NCBI GenBank assembly: GCA_964016885.1
Contig: OZ024740.1
Span: forward strand, 234,174,001 to 234,238,000
DNA from: Eledone cirrhosa
Lineage: Eukaryota
Direction: 5' to 3'
Length of the DNA: 64,000 bases
The first letter of the stretch is position 1; each line of letters opens with the position of its first letter. The notes beneath the pieces are model-generated. The model saw only the letters and a list, made by a program, of their open reading frames with translations, had not been told where the DNA came from and did no database searches. This document shows, one piece after another, positions 1 to 12,712 of this stretch. Position numbers and translations under genes: made by a program.

Positions 1-1640
1 AGCCTGTCCCCTCTGTTGTTTGTCCTTGCCCTGATGCCCTTGACCATTATGCTGCGAAAAGTGAGAGCAGGATACAAGTTGGGAAGGGGAGAGCTTACCA
101 TCAATCACCTCCTCTTCATGGACGATCTTAAGCTCTTCGGGAAAAGTGAGAAGGAGTTGGATGTGCTTGTTGACACTGTCCGTATTTTCAGCAGTGATAT
201 ATGTATGCAGTTTGGTATTGGTAAATGTGGAGTCATTGTGATGAGGAGGGGTAGGTTGAGCAGAAGTAACGGGATCCAGATACCAACAGGTGAGATGATA
301 AAGGAAATTGACTCTGAGGAAGGATACAAGTATTTGGGCGTTCTGGAGGCTGATGGCATAAAGAACAAAAAAATGAAGGAATTGTTAAGAACTGAATACA
401 TTCGGAGAGTAAGGAGCGTATTGAAGTCACATCTGAACAGCAGAAATGCCATAAGCGCAGTAAATTCCCGAGCTGTGTCTATTATTAGGTACAGTGCGGG
501 AATTCTGAGATGGAATGTTGCTGAACAAAAAGAAATGGATAGGAAGACTAGGAAGCTATTGACTATCTACAACATGTTCCACAAGAGGAGTGATGTCGAT
601 AGACTCTACCTAAGGAGATCTGAGGGTGGAAGAGGTCTTATCAGCATAGAGGACTGTGTTCAGATGGAGAAAAACAACCTATACAAATACGTGACCTATA
701 GTAAGGAGCCAATGCTCAGAGCTGTACTGAAGGAGGGGAGAGTAGGCCAGGGGATACCCAAGGAGGAAATAACATCAAGGAGGAAGAGCAGCCTTAAGGG
801 AAAATCCCTTCATAGTACCTTCTTTGAGAAAACTGAATTTAGAGATCCACAGACATGGAACTGGTTGAGAAGAGGAGACCTCAAAAAGGCTACAGAAGGA
901 ATGCTAATGGCTGCGCAGGAGCAGGCCCTCAAAACGAAGTGGTTGAAGCACCATATCTACAAGGAGGAGGCTAGCCCACTGTGCAGGATCTGTGGAGAGA
1001 GAGAGGAGACTGTGGCTCACATTGTGTCCGAGTGTAAACACCTAGCCCAGACCCACTATAAGGGCTGGAGACACGATGTGATGGGCAGGGTGATCCACTG
1101 GCACCTGTGCAAAGTAAACAATCTACCACATTCTGAGAAATGGTATGAGCATAGGCCAGAGGCGGTGATGGAGAACAGTCAGGTGAAGGTGCTGTGGGAT
1201 TTTAGGATACAGACGGACAAAAAACTGGAACACAATAGACCTGACCTGGTGGTTGTGGACAAAGAAAAAAGATCGTGCCTGATTGTGGATGTGGCCTGCC
1301 CGTTCGACACGAGAGTGCAAGAGAAGGAGAGGGAGAAAATTAACCGATACCAGGACCTAAAGTGGGAGGTGAAAAGGATTTGGAACTGCCATGAAGTCAA
1401 AGTGATCCCGATTGTCATAGGCGCACTGGGGACTATCTCCAAAGGTTTCCAGGGATGGTTAAAGAAAATCGGCCCCTTCACGCTTTTTGGAACGCTTCAA
1501 AAGGCATGCTTGCTTGGAACGGCAAGAACCCTCCGATACGTCCTGAATATCTGAGGCTGCAGGTAGTGGCTTGATATTCAATCCAACGGACTTTCCAGTT
1601 AACCAACATCAATGACTGAGATTCAAGGAATAACAATAAC

Positions 1641-1671
<31 letters not shown>
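1..1671 (+). mobile_element. R4/Dong-like non-LTR retrotransposon (RT + CCHC + restriction-like endonuclease), 3' part, family 1 copy A
   Basis: Open frame to TGA at 1554 with SLSPLLF, HLLFMDDLKL, CRIC-x8-H-x4-C knuckle, RHD, RPD..VDVACP..K..RY; short 3' UTR, then (AAT)n tail at ~1629-1671. Continues off the left window edge. Confidence 0.93.
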
Positions 1672-1675
<4 letters not shown>

Positions 1676-2985
1676 AGGAATTGTTAAGAACTGAATACAT
1701 TCGGAGAGTAAGGAGCGTATTGAAGTCACATCTGAACAGCAGAAATGCCATAAGCGCAGTAAATTCCCGAGCTGTGTCTATTATTAGGTACAGTGCGGGA
1801 ATTCTGAGATGGAATGTTGCTGAACAAAAAGAAATGGATAGGAAGACTACGAAGCTATTGACTATCTACAACATGTTCCACAAGAGGAGTGATGTCGATA
1901 GACTCTACCTAAGGAGATCTGAGGGTGGAAGAGGTCTTATCAGCATAGAGGACTGTGTTCAGATGGAGAAAAACAACCTATACAAATACGTGACCTATAG
2001 TAAGGAGCCAATGCTCAGAGCTGTACTGAAGGAGGGGACAGTAGGCCAGGGGATGTCCAAGGAGGAAATAACATCAAGGAGGAAGAGCAGCCTTAAGGGA
2101 AAATCCCTTCATAGTACCTTCTTTGAGAAAACTGAATTTAGAGATCCACAGACATGGAACTGGTTGAGAAGAGGAGACCTCAAAAAGGCTACAGAAGGAA
2201 TGCTAATGGCTGCGCAGGAGCAGGCCCTCAAAACGAAGTGGTTGAAGCACCATATTTACAAGGAGGAGGCTAGCCCACTGTGCAGGATCTGTGGAGAGAG
2301 AGAGGAGACTGTGGCTCACATTGTGTCCGAGTGTAAACACCTAGCCCAGACCCACTATAAGGGCTGGAGACACGATGTGATGGGCAGGGTGATCCACTGG
2401 CACCTGTGCAAAGTAAACAGTTTACCACATTCTGAGAAATGGTATGAGCATAGGCCAGAGGCGGTGATGGAGAACAATCAGGTGAAGGTGCTGTGGGATT
2501 TTAGGATACAGACGGACAAAAAACTGGAACACAATAGACCTGACCTGGTGGTTGTGGACAAAGAAAAAAGATCGTGTCTGATTGTGGATGTGGCCTGCCC
2601 GTTCGACACGAGAGTGCAAGAGAAGGAGAGGGAGAAAATTAACCGATACCAGGACCTAAAGTGGGAGGTGAAAAGGATTTGGAACTGCCATGAAGTCAAA
2701 GTGATCCCGATTGTCATAGGCGCACTGGGGACTATCTCCAAAAGTTTCCAGGGATGGTTAAAGAAAATCGGCCCCTTCACGCTTTTTGGAACGCTTCAAA
2801 AGGCATGCTTGCTTGGAACAGCAAGAACCCTCCGATACGTCCTGAATATCTGAGGCTGCAGGTAGTGGCTTGATATTCATTCCAACGGACTTTCCAGTTA
2901 ACCAACATCAATGACTGAGATTCAAGGAATAACAACAACAATAATAATAGCAATAATAATAATAACGACAACAACAATAATAATA
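1672..2985 (+). mobile_element. R4/Dong-like retrotransposon family 1 copy B, 5'-truncated, inserted in the (AAT)n tail of copy A
   Basis: Near-identical to 373-1628 (offset 1299 bp, few substitutions); stop at 2853; AAT/AAC tail at ~2928-2985. Confidence 0.93.
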
Positions 2986-3028
2986 TACATATTCATATAT
3001 ATATACACACACACGCACGCACATAAGC

Positions 3029-3034
<6 letters not shown>

Positions 3035-3066
<32 letters not shown>

Positions 3067-4497
3067 TAGCAACTAACAGTGCTGCGATCGAATGTGGCTT
3101 TTTAGCCCAGCCAATGATCTAAAATGTCTTGCACAGAGTCGGCAACCAAAACATTCACTGGGAATAGTCGGCTGTGGTTGGAGTTCGTGTACTTTTGCAT
3201 GTCGCTTGAGCCCTCCTGCTGATTTACATTCTCTACCACATGTTTGGCAAGCATGATGAGTAGCATCTCCAACAGCAGCCTGGTAGTCAACCACTGATCT
3301 TACTTTATGACTGCGAAGATGACTTTCGAGTCCAGCTTTGCTTAGGCAGAGTCTCGCACAGACGCTGCATGTCAGCACCATAGGAGGACCCTCGCCGTCT
3401 GGAAGTGCAACAGCAATGCCCTTCCTCACATCCCGCTTTACTTTCTCGTGTGCGATTCGAGATGCCTCAAAGGCAACTTTTCCCTCATATACAGTCTTTC
3501 TCCATTTATTACGATCAGCAGCAACATTTTCCCATGTATCAGCAGAGATGTTAGCGTCTTTCAGAGAGGCTTTCAAGGAATCCTTATACCTCTTTTTTGG
3601 TTTATGTGGCGGTCGTTTTCCTTTAACCAACTCTCCATAGAAGAGTTGTTTTGGTATTCTAGAATCCTTCATCCTGGCAAGGTGACCACTCCAACGGAGT
3701 CGTTGCTTAAGCACAAGAGCTTCTATACTGTCACACATACAGCTTTCCAAAATTTCGACATCACTGATGTGGTCCCTCCAGTGAACGCCATGGATCCGTC
3801 TGAGACACATCTGATGGAAACGCTCCAATTGCTTAAGGTGGTGTCGATATGTGACCCAGGTCTCGCAGGCATAAAGAAGACAAGAGAGTACACATGCCCT
3901 GTACACCTTTACGTTTGTCCCCCTGCATATGTCTCGCCGACCCCAGAGTCGCCTTTCTAGCTTTCCGAAAGCATCACTTGCTTTCCTAACCCTAAGTGAG
4001 ATTTCACTGTCAAGGTTGCCGTATCGATTGACAGTGCTTCCCAGGTAGACAAACTGATCAACCACTCCAAGTCGTTTGCCATACACATAGATGTTTGGTT
4101 CAGTGTACTGCTTACTAGGAGCAGGTTGGTACATGACGACGGTTTTCTTGAGACTGACAGTCAAACCCAGGGCAGTGCAAGCGTCAGAAAATGCATTCAA
4201 AATGTGCTGCATATCACTCTCTGTGTGCGCTACAAGATCGCAATCATCTGCATACAAGAGGTCTTTTATGATTGATGTAAACACTTTTGCCTTCGCAGCA
4301 AAGCGCCTGATGTTAAATATGCTACCTGAGGTTCGATATCGGATGTAAACACCATGCTCGCAATTCCCGAATGCAATACAGAAAACCATTGCAAAGTATA
4401 TGGCAAACAGGGTCGGTGCTGGAATATCCCCCTGTTTCACTCCATTTTTTACTGAGATAGGCTCCGACATGTTACCTCCGACATTAACCCAAGCCTT
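3035..4497 (-). mobile_element. RTE-clade LINE, 5'-truncated, RT C-terminal half plus three C2H2 zinc fingers
   Basis: ORF 3073-4470: GVKQG..APTLF, LLYADD, YLGS, LLYACETW, RLRWSGHLARM..RIPKQLFYGEL; three C-x2-C-x12-H fingers at the end; (GT)n tail just after the stop. Confidence 0.92.
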
Positions 4498-4516
4498 CTA
4501 AAGTAAGGAACTTATC

Positions 4517-4590
4517 ATACATACATACATACATACATACATACATACATACATACATACATACATACATACATACATACATACATACAT
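4517..4590. repeat. (CATA)n microsatellite; further tracts at ~5349-5459 and ~5994-6088
   Basis: Seen directly; the tracts separate adjacent retroelements. Confidence 0.97.
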
Positions 4591-5347
4591 GATATGTGCC
4601 ACTTCTTTACAGAAGAGAGCCATCTCTTCAACAAATTCCCTGCTATTACGGACCACCGCCAACTACAAGCTGTTGGCCAGTTTGCTGACTGAACAGACCT
4701 TGTTTAGGTCACCTTTTCTAGATCCTTCCCATGTGGTATGGGTGAGCAGTGTATCTACAAAAAGAGCTGCTCAGGCGCTCAAGACTCCGCCGAAGCATGT
4801 TGCTTTTAAGGTTTTATTGTAGCGAAACTACAATAAGACACGAGCTGCTCACGTGTAGATTTGTGATTATGTGCTTCTAACTGGACACGTTGCCACTCCC
4901 TCATCAACATGGGACATGTGAAGAAATATCTGCACACAAAGACGGCAATGCTACGTACTTGTGCTACACACATATCACCCACTCCATCCTCGCAGCTATG
5001 TGCCCAGTGATAAGCCGAGGGAAGACAACAGGACAGTTACGAGGATCGCATGTGTTATTGTCATGGAGTTGAACTTCTCCAGGGGGTGTAGCCGTATTCA
5101 CCACGCTTGACCAATTGCCGGTTGGTGAGACAATTTCACCTAAATTTGGGGTGGATGGATGGCCGTTGACTCTGTGGACTTCATCGACCCTTTTGACAGC
5201 TCTTGTTTTTGTGCTGCTCGGTTTCCTCTTATCCTCCTCATCAGATCAGGATCAGACGGAGAGCCAGTTTAGTCGCCGACTACTCAACTATGAAGCAGGT
5301 TGTACTGGGTTACATGGTACCAATAGCAGACAGAGACCTGACTTGAC
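4591..5347 (-). mobile_element. Non-coding retroposon with (TATG)n tail, probably a non-autonomous RTE derivative
   Basis: Bounded by CATA tracts; shares blocks CCAGTTTAGTCGCC..CAGGTTGTACTGGGTTACATG and GGATGGCCGTTGACTC with 5460-5993. Confidence 0.55.
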
Positions 5348-5459
5348 ACATACATACATACATACATACATACATACATACATACATACATACATACATA
5401 CATACATACATACATACATACGTACATGCATACATACATACATACATACATACATACAT

Positions 5460-5993
5460 GATGGCTGCCCCCTCGTTATCGAGTATGGTCATTGCACGAT
5501 ATACCATTATTAATAATTTATAATTAATTCTATCGTGCAATGCCTGTGCATGAAGATTTTTTTTTAAGTGAGGAAAGACTGTGCACTGAGCCAATCCCAC
5601 TCTCTGAGCGACAGTAGCTATAACCCGAAAAGAAGAAAAGACCAACATCATCGGTAACTACTGAGCCGCAGGGTTTATATCCGAGTTATGCCAGTTTCCT
5701 GAATTGCCTTCTCCTAGAAGAATGCCCTGTCAAAGGCTAGGGGTCCTTCACTCCCAGTGGTTTAACCGCGCGGTACATATGTATATACTTATTTACACAC
5801 TTTTGGATGGCCGTTGACTCTTATGAGTTCTTCCGCCATTTGTCAGGTTTTGTTTTTAGTCCTGCAGGGTGTCCAAAATCACCCTCCTCACCAAGTAAAC
5901 TTTGTGGGGTTGCCAGTTTAGTCGCCGCCGAGCCGACCATGCGACAGGTTGTACTGGGTTACATGTTACCAGTAGCACTCAAGAGTGACCCGA
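5460..5993 (-). mobile_element. Non-autonomous bipartite RTE-derived element with (TATG)n tail
   Basis: Minus strand carries TCTAGGAGAAGGCAATTC (resembles the RTE 5'-UTR motif) and a 3' end TACTCGA..GAG..GGCAGCCA.CATGTATG like the element at 17765-18185. Confidence 0.62.
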
Positions 5994-6059
5994 CATACAT
6001 ACATACATATACACATACATACATACATACATACATACATACATACATACATACATACA

Positions 6060-6087
<28 letters not shown>

Positions 6088-6090
<3 letters not shown>

Positions 6091-8564
6091 TCTATCGGAG
6101 GTATCTTACTGACCTCTACCAACAAGTTCTTAAGGGAGATATACTTATACCAGAATGGTTGACATTAGCACAAACGTTACTGGTCCCCAAGAACAAAGAC
6201 ACCCACTTTGCAAAAAACTACCGACCCATTGCATGCCAAAACCTGATGTATAAGATGTATACAGCCTGCCTGAACCTATTCCTCCAAGATAACTGTGAAA
6301 ATAATAACATCATCACAGATGAACAAGCAGCTGGGAAGAAAAGGGTTTGGGGATGTGCTGAACAACTCCTAATCAACAAAACTGCGATGTCAGAGGTGCG
6401 ACAACTTAGGAGGAATATGACTACAGTCTGGCTGGACTACAAGAAAGCTTTCGATTCTGTTCCCCACTCTTGGATGATAGAGGCCCTACAATTTGCTAAA
6501 GTCCCAGACATTATTGTCAGATCCATAGAGAGGCTGTCTTTTTCTTCGGCTACTATCCTAAGGTTAAAGACAGAGAGGGAGGACTCTATTATCACTGATA
6601 AAATAAAATATTGCAGGGGTATATTTCAGGGGGACAGTCTCTCTGTGATATTGTTCATCTTGTTATTAAAGCCCTTGTCCTTTCTGCTCAAGAAATATGA
6701 GGGATACATCATTGGCTCATAGGAGGACAGAAATAGGAACCTAACCCATAACTTCTTTGTGGACGATCTGAAACTCTATGCCAAGAACATGGATGGGATG
6801 AAGAAACATCTTGACCTGGTTACAATGTTCTCAAAGGATATAAGAATGGAGTTTGGCCAAGATAAATGCTCATACATGACTGTAAAGCGGGGAAAAACAA
6901 TAACCCAATCTAGCAACATTGTCATCAATGGTCTAACTGTTTCACCGATATCTGATGAGGACTGCTACAGATACCTGGGGATAGATGAGAACATATCCTA
7001 TAATGGTATCTGTAATAAAGAACGCGTAACCAGGGAATACTACACCCGATTAAGAAAGATCTGGTCATCGGAACTCTCTGCGCAAAACAAAACAGTGGCT
7101 CACAATGTGTTTGCTGTGCCTGTCCTAACACCAACGTTTGGAATACTCAATTGGACAATAGACCAAATCCGAGCAGTTGATGTTGGAACTCGAAAAATAC
7201 TGAATAACACCGGAAACTTCCACATCAACAGTGACATAGACCGCCTTTACTTGAAACGTAAGCAGGGAGGCAGAGGCCTAACATCAGTCCAGACAACATT
7301 TGAATGTCGCATCATATCTCTCCGACAACATCTACGAACCTTGAAGCGTAGGAGCTCGCTTCTCGAGCAAGTCTATCTGCATGAAACAGAAAAGATCATG
7401 AGAGTTGGGAAGGAACTCCTTGAGAGATATTCCCTGTGTGATAATCAAAAACTCACACCCAGGGATGTCACTCAGCAGTATCACAGTGAATCCATTGATG
7501 AAAAACTGCATGCCTATCAGCAAAAAATCATGCATGGATATGTTGCCAGGAAGCTCCAGAGTGAGAGTAATATAGATAAGGAAAGTAGTCTATCTTGGAC
7601 CAACAACCACTATATTGGCTCCCACTTTGAAGGATACGCTTTTGCAATCCAAGAACAGTAGATTAGCACGAAATACCTGATTCACAAAAGAGATAGGGAT
7701 GCAGGCAAAACACCTAGATGTGATAACAAGTGCAGACTCTGCAGAACTTACATCGAGGATATCACCCATGTCATCAGCAGCTGCCCAAAGATGTCATCGC
7801 GATACTATCTACCTATGAGGCATGATGTAGTGGCCAAAACACTGTACAATGCAGTTCGTAAAAAAGATAGCCCCGATAATAATCACATTAAAAGCTACAA
7901 CAATGTGGAAGACATCCATGTACATAATATGAAAGCGTACTGGTGGAATGTTCCAGTAAAAACTCCAATAAAATGCAGACATAACAGACCAGATATTATC
8001 ATATGGGACAGGGAGAAGAAAACATGCACAGTAGTGAAAATTAGCTGCCCAGCAGATGCCAATATAATATCAAAGATTAGTGAAAAGGAGAATATTTATG
8101 CAGAACTGATGAGAAATCTGCAGATACTCCACCCTGATTACACCTTCAGATTTATGCCTGTGATTATTGGGGCACTTGGGTATGTTAGTAACTGCCGCAA
8201 TACAAACCTTGAGAAGCTAGGCTTCACAGGAACAGAAAGAATACAACTAGTTAGGAAACTACAAGTACAATCCATTAATGGAACAGTAAAAATATGTAAA
8301 ACATTCCAAAAATGTTGCATCTAATAACTGCATATACACATGTACAGATACAAAGCATATACACATGCACACATACAACTCAAAACATACACATCCACAC
8401 ATACAATAACATCCATATCTACACATGCATGCATACATACATATCTACTTAGTTGATGTTGTGTAAATTCCAATGAGAGAGTCTTGTGTCTATGTTAGAA
8501 ACCGACTCTCTCTATTGGTAAAACTTTGTGAAATTATAAAACCAGAAGAACATACATACATACA
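6088..8564 (+). mobile_element. R4/Dong-like RLE retrotransposon family 2 copy A, 5'-truncated, premature stops
   Basis: NYRPIAC, WLDYKKAFDSVPH, GIFQGDSLS, FFVDDLKLY, CRLC..H..C, RHD, HNRPD; in-frame TAG at ~6722 and ~7661; 3' UTR ends in CATACATACATACA. Confidence 0.92.
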
Positions 8565-11500
8565 GTCAACGCGATCAGTCGCATATTTTGGCGTGGGAGA
8601 CTATTTATTAAATTTAAGATGAATATTATCTCCGACAGTAATGCCACAACTACAGTCATGTTAAATAACTGTTATTCTTCTAACTATATCTTCTGAAAAC
8701 ACCTTTTATTCGAATTCGTAGAGATATCCGACTAAATACATAATTCATTTTACAAGGATTTGCTACAAACAGCAATACTGAACACAACATCAACAACAAA
8801 ATTAAGGAAGTATCGAAGACAACCAGCAAGAAATGTAAACAAACTTTATTCAGTTGTAGCTACAGAAGAAACCGAAATTCTAAATCGCATTTCTCTTGGA
8901 GTTGCGAACTTAATAATTATTTATTTAATTGTTATAAATTGGCAAAAAACAATCCCTCCATTGGCTATATGAACAGAATGAAGCTACACTGGGACGAAAT
9001 ACACCCAGAGCTAAATTATTTCAGAGCGAAATAATTACGCCAACAAGTGACGTCGGTTGAACGTAAAAATAAGATAAATAGTATTAATTGTAAGTCCCCC
9101 ACCAGAAACATGTTATCAACAACACGTGCTACAGGTCGCCATGCTACTAGACTTCCTAGCAACCAGGTCGACAGTGCCTTGAAACAACTATGCCTGTAAG
9201 AAACTTGACACCACGTATATTATCTCAGTCTACCTCGAACGCTGGGGAAAACACTATCGATAATAATAATAATCGAAGAAATAATAATAATAATGTAAGA
9301 AATTTGACACCACGTGTACCATCTAGGTCTACCTCGAATGCTGGGGAAAACACTATCGATAATAATAATAATCGAAGAAATGTGACACCACGTGTACCAT
9401 CCGAGTCTACCTCGACTGTTGTGGAAAATACTATCGATTATGATAATAATCAAATGTATAAACAATTGAAAATTTCCCTCAACGAAATCTTCCAGAGAGA
9501 AATGAATTCATGTATAAATATCTCTCTTGCTGAACGTATTAAAACAACGATGTTTAATAAAAAACCAAATAATGAAATATTACGTGTTATTGACGAAATA
9601 GAGGATGAATATTTACGACAGATAAAAACCCCAACATTTTGGCAAATCAACGCCTGTTTATATGCCTTAGCAACGACAGTGAGGCATTATCTTGGTGGTA
9701 GCAGAGATATTAACAAGAACAGAACACAACCAAGAATACCATCATATACAACTAAAATAGGAAAAAAGATTGATGACCTACGAACAATCATAGGATATGT
9801 GACAATGGTCCTTACATGCAAACAAAAACAAAAAACCTCACTCCCCACCAACAAAGAGTGAAAAATAAAATAGAGACGATGTTTGGAAACAGTAGAACCT
9901 GAACTCTTCAATATGAGCTGATCACCTTCAAACAAGAATTGAGAGCTTTTAGCGAAAAACGCTGATACCTGAAGAAGGTAGATGAGAGAAAAGTGCTTAA
10001 TAAAAGATTCAGACGAAACCAAACATCAGTCTATAGAGATATGAAGAACAAAATAATAAGTGCCACTGAGGCCCCATCCCAGAAAGACAGATTCCTTTTG
10101 GAGCAAAATATGGGTGGAAGGGGAGAAGAATTTCAACGAAAGATGCAGTGTGGCTAAGAGAAATCCGAAAGAACTATTGCTCCTACACTAAAACAAAAAC
10201 TCCAAGATAAGAAAAAACCAGGAAGAGACATGATTGTCGGCTACTGGTACAAAAAACTGATATTCTATCGGAGGTGTCTTACTGACCTCTACCAACAAGT
10301 TCTTAAGGGAGATACACTTAAACCAGAATGGTTGACATTAGCACAAACATTACTGGTCCCCAAGAACAAAGACACCCACTTGACACAAAACTACCGACCC
10401 ATTGCATGCCATATAAGATGTATACAGCATGCCTGAACCTATTCCTCCAAGATCACTGTGAAAATAAGAACATCATCACAGATGAACAAGCAGCTGGAAA
10501 GAAAGGGGTTTGGGGATGTGCTGAACAACTCCTAATCAACAAAACTGCGATGTCGGAGGTGCGACAACTTAGGAGGAATATGGCTACAGTCTGGCTGGAC
10601 TATAGGAAAGCTTTCGATTCTGTTCCCCACCCTTGGATGATAGAGGCCCTCCAACTTGCTAAAGTCCCAGACATTATTGTCAGAGCCATAGAGAGGCTGT
10701 CTTCTTCTTCGGCTACTATCCTAAGATTAAAGACAGAGAGGGAGGATTCTATTTTCACTGATAAACTAAATTATTGGAAGGGTATATTTCAGGAGGGCAG
10801 TCTCTCTGTGATATCATTCATCTTGTCATTAAACCCCTTGTCCTTTCTGTTCAATGGCCTAACTGTTTCACCGATATCTGATGAGGACTGCTACAGATAC
10901 CTGGAGATAAATGAGAACATATCCTATAATGGTATCTGTAATAAGGAACGCATAACCAGGGAATACTACACCCGATTAAGAAAGATCTGGTCATCGGAAC
11001 TCTCTGCGCAAAACAAAACAGTGGCTCACAATGTGTTTGCTGTGCCTGTCCTAACACCAACGTTTGGAATACTCAATTGGACGATAGACGAACTCCGAGC
11101 TGTTGATGTTAGAACTCGAAAAATACTAAACAACACCGGAAACTTCCACATCAACAGTGACATAGACCGCCTTTACTTGAAAAGGAAGCAGGAAGGCAGA
11201 GGCCTAACATCAGTCCAGACAGCATTTGAATGTCGCATCATATCCCTCCGACAACATCTACGAACCTCGAAGCGTAGGAGCCCGTTTCTCGAGCAAGTCT
11301 ATCTGCATGAAACAGATAAGATCATGAGAGTTGAGAAGGAACTCCTCGAGAAATATTCCCTGTGTGATAATCAAAACCTCACACCCAGGGAAGTCGCTCA
11401 GCAGTATCGCAGTACATTCATGGATGAAAAACTACATGCTTATCAGCAAAAAATCATGCATGGATATGTTGCCAGGAAGCTCCAGAGTGAGAGTAATATG

Positions 11501-12245
11501 GATAAGGAAAGTAGTCTATCTTGGACCATCAACCGCTATATTGGCTCCCACGTTGAAGGATACGCTTTTGCAATCCAAGAACAGGAAATTAACACGAAAT
11601 ACCTGATTCATAAAAGAGATAGGGATGCAGGCAAAACACCTAGATGTGATAACAAGTGCAGACTCTGCAGAATTAACATCGAAGATGTCACCCATGTCAT
11701 AAGCAGCTACCCAAAGATGTCATCGCGGTACTATATCCTATGAGGCATGATGTAGTGGCCAAAGCACTGTACAATGCAGTTCGTAGAAAAGATAGCCCCG
11801 ATAATAAACATATTAAAAGCTACAGCAATGTAGAAGACATTGTGGAAGACATAATATGAAAGAGTGCTGGTGGAATGTTCCAGTAAAACCCCAATAAAAT
11901 ACAGGCATAACAGACCAGATATTAAGAAATAACACGACTAGTTAGGAAATTAGAAGTACAATCCATTAATGGAACAGTAAAAATAGGTAAAACATACCAA
12001 ACATTTTGCATCTAATAACTGCATTTACACATGTACAGATACAAAGCATATACACATGCACACATACAACTCAAAACATACACACCCACACATACAATAA
12101 CATCCATATCTACACATGCATACATAATCTACCTAGTTGATGTTGTGTAAATTCCAATGAGAATCTTGTGTCTATGTTTGAAAACGACTCTCCCTCTCTA
12201 TTGGTAAAAATTTGTGAAATTATAAAACCAGAATAACATACATAC
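8565..12245 (+). mobile_element. R4/Dong-like family 2 copy B, longer 5' part, internal deletions (including the VDD motif), frameshifted
   Basis: 10261-12245 aligns with 6088-8560; deletion at ~10850; N-terminal region with repeated RNLTPR..ENTIDNNNN; ends AATAACATACATAC. Confidence 0.9.
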
Positions 12246-12497
12246 TTTTCAGTTGAACATCCTATATATGTTCTTGCTAAAATAGTCAACTGCATCCCAT
12301 TTTCATTGTTGGGGTGAAATAGGTTTAGTATATACCTTTGTTTAACTCTTTATCTCAAGAAAAACACTGCCAATAATATTCAAATAAATTTGAAAATAAT
12401 TAAGCATTTGTAGGGATTATGTAAGGTAACTAACGTTTTCATTATTTATCTGGTGTTTGAAATACAATTTAAAGGTTTTGAATAAAATTAGGATAGA

Positions 12498-12547
<50 letters not shown>

Positions 12548-12712
12548 CATATAACTGCATATTCGGCTCTGTAAAACATCTGATGTATTTACATTGAGGT
12601 ATATTCTTACTGGTAATAAGGTAGCAATGAATTACTGACCTTTCCTGTTTATAGTTCTATATAGTGTATACATAACTATAAATAATATTATTATTATATA
12701 TATATATATATA

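Noticed and set aside
1612-1671. N-terminal MTEIQGITITIIII extension of ORF 1612-2853
   Set aside because: Read-through of copy A's 3' UTR and (ATA)n tail into truncated copy B.
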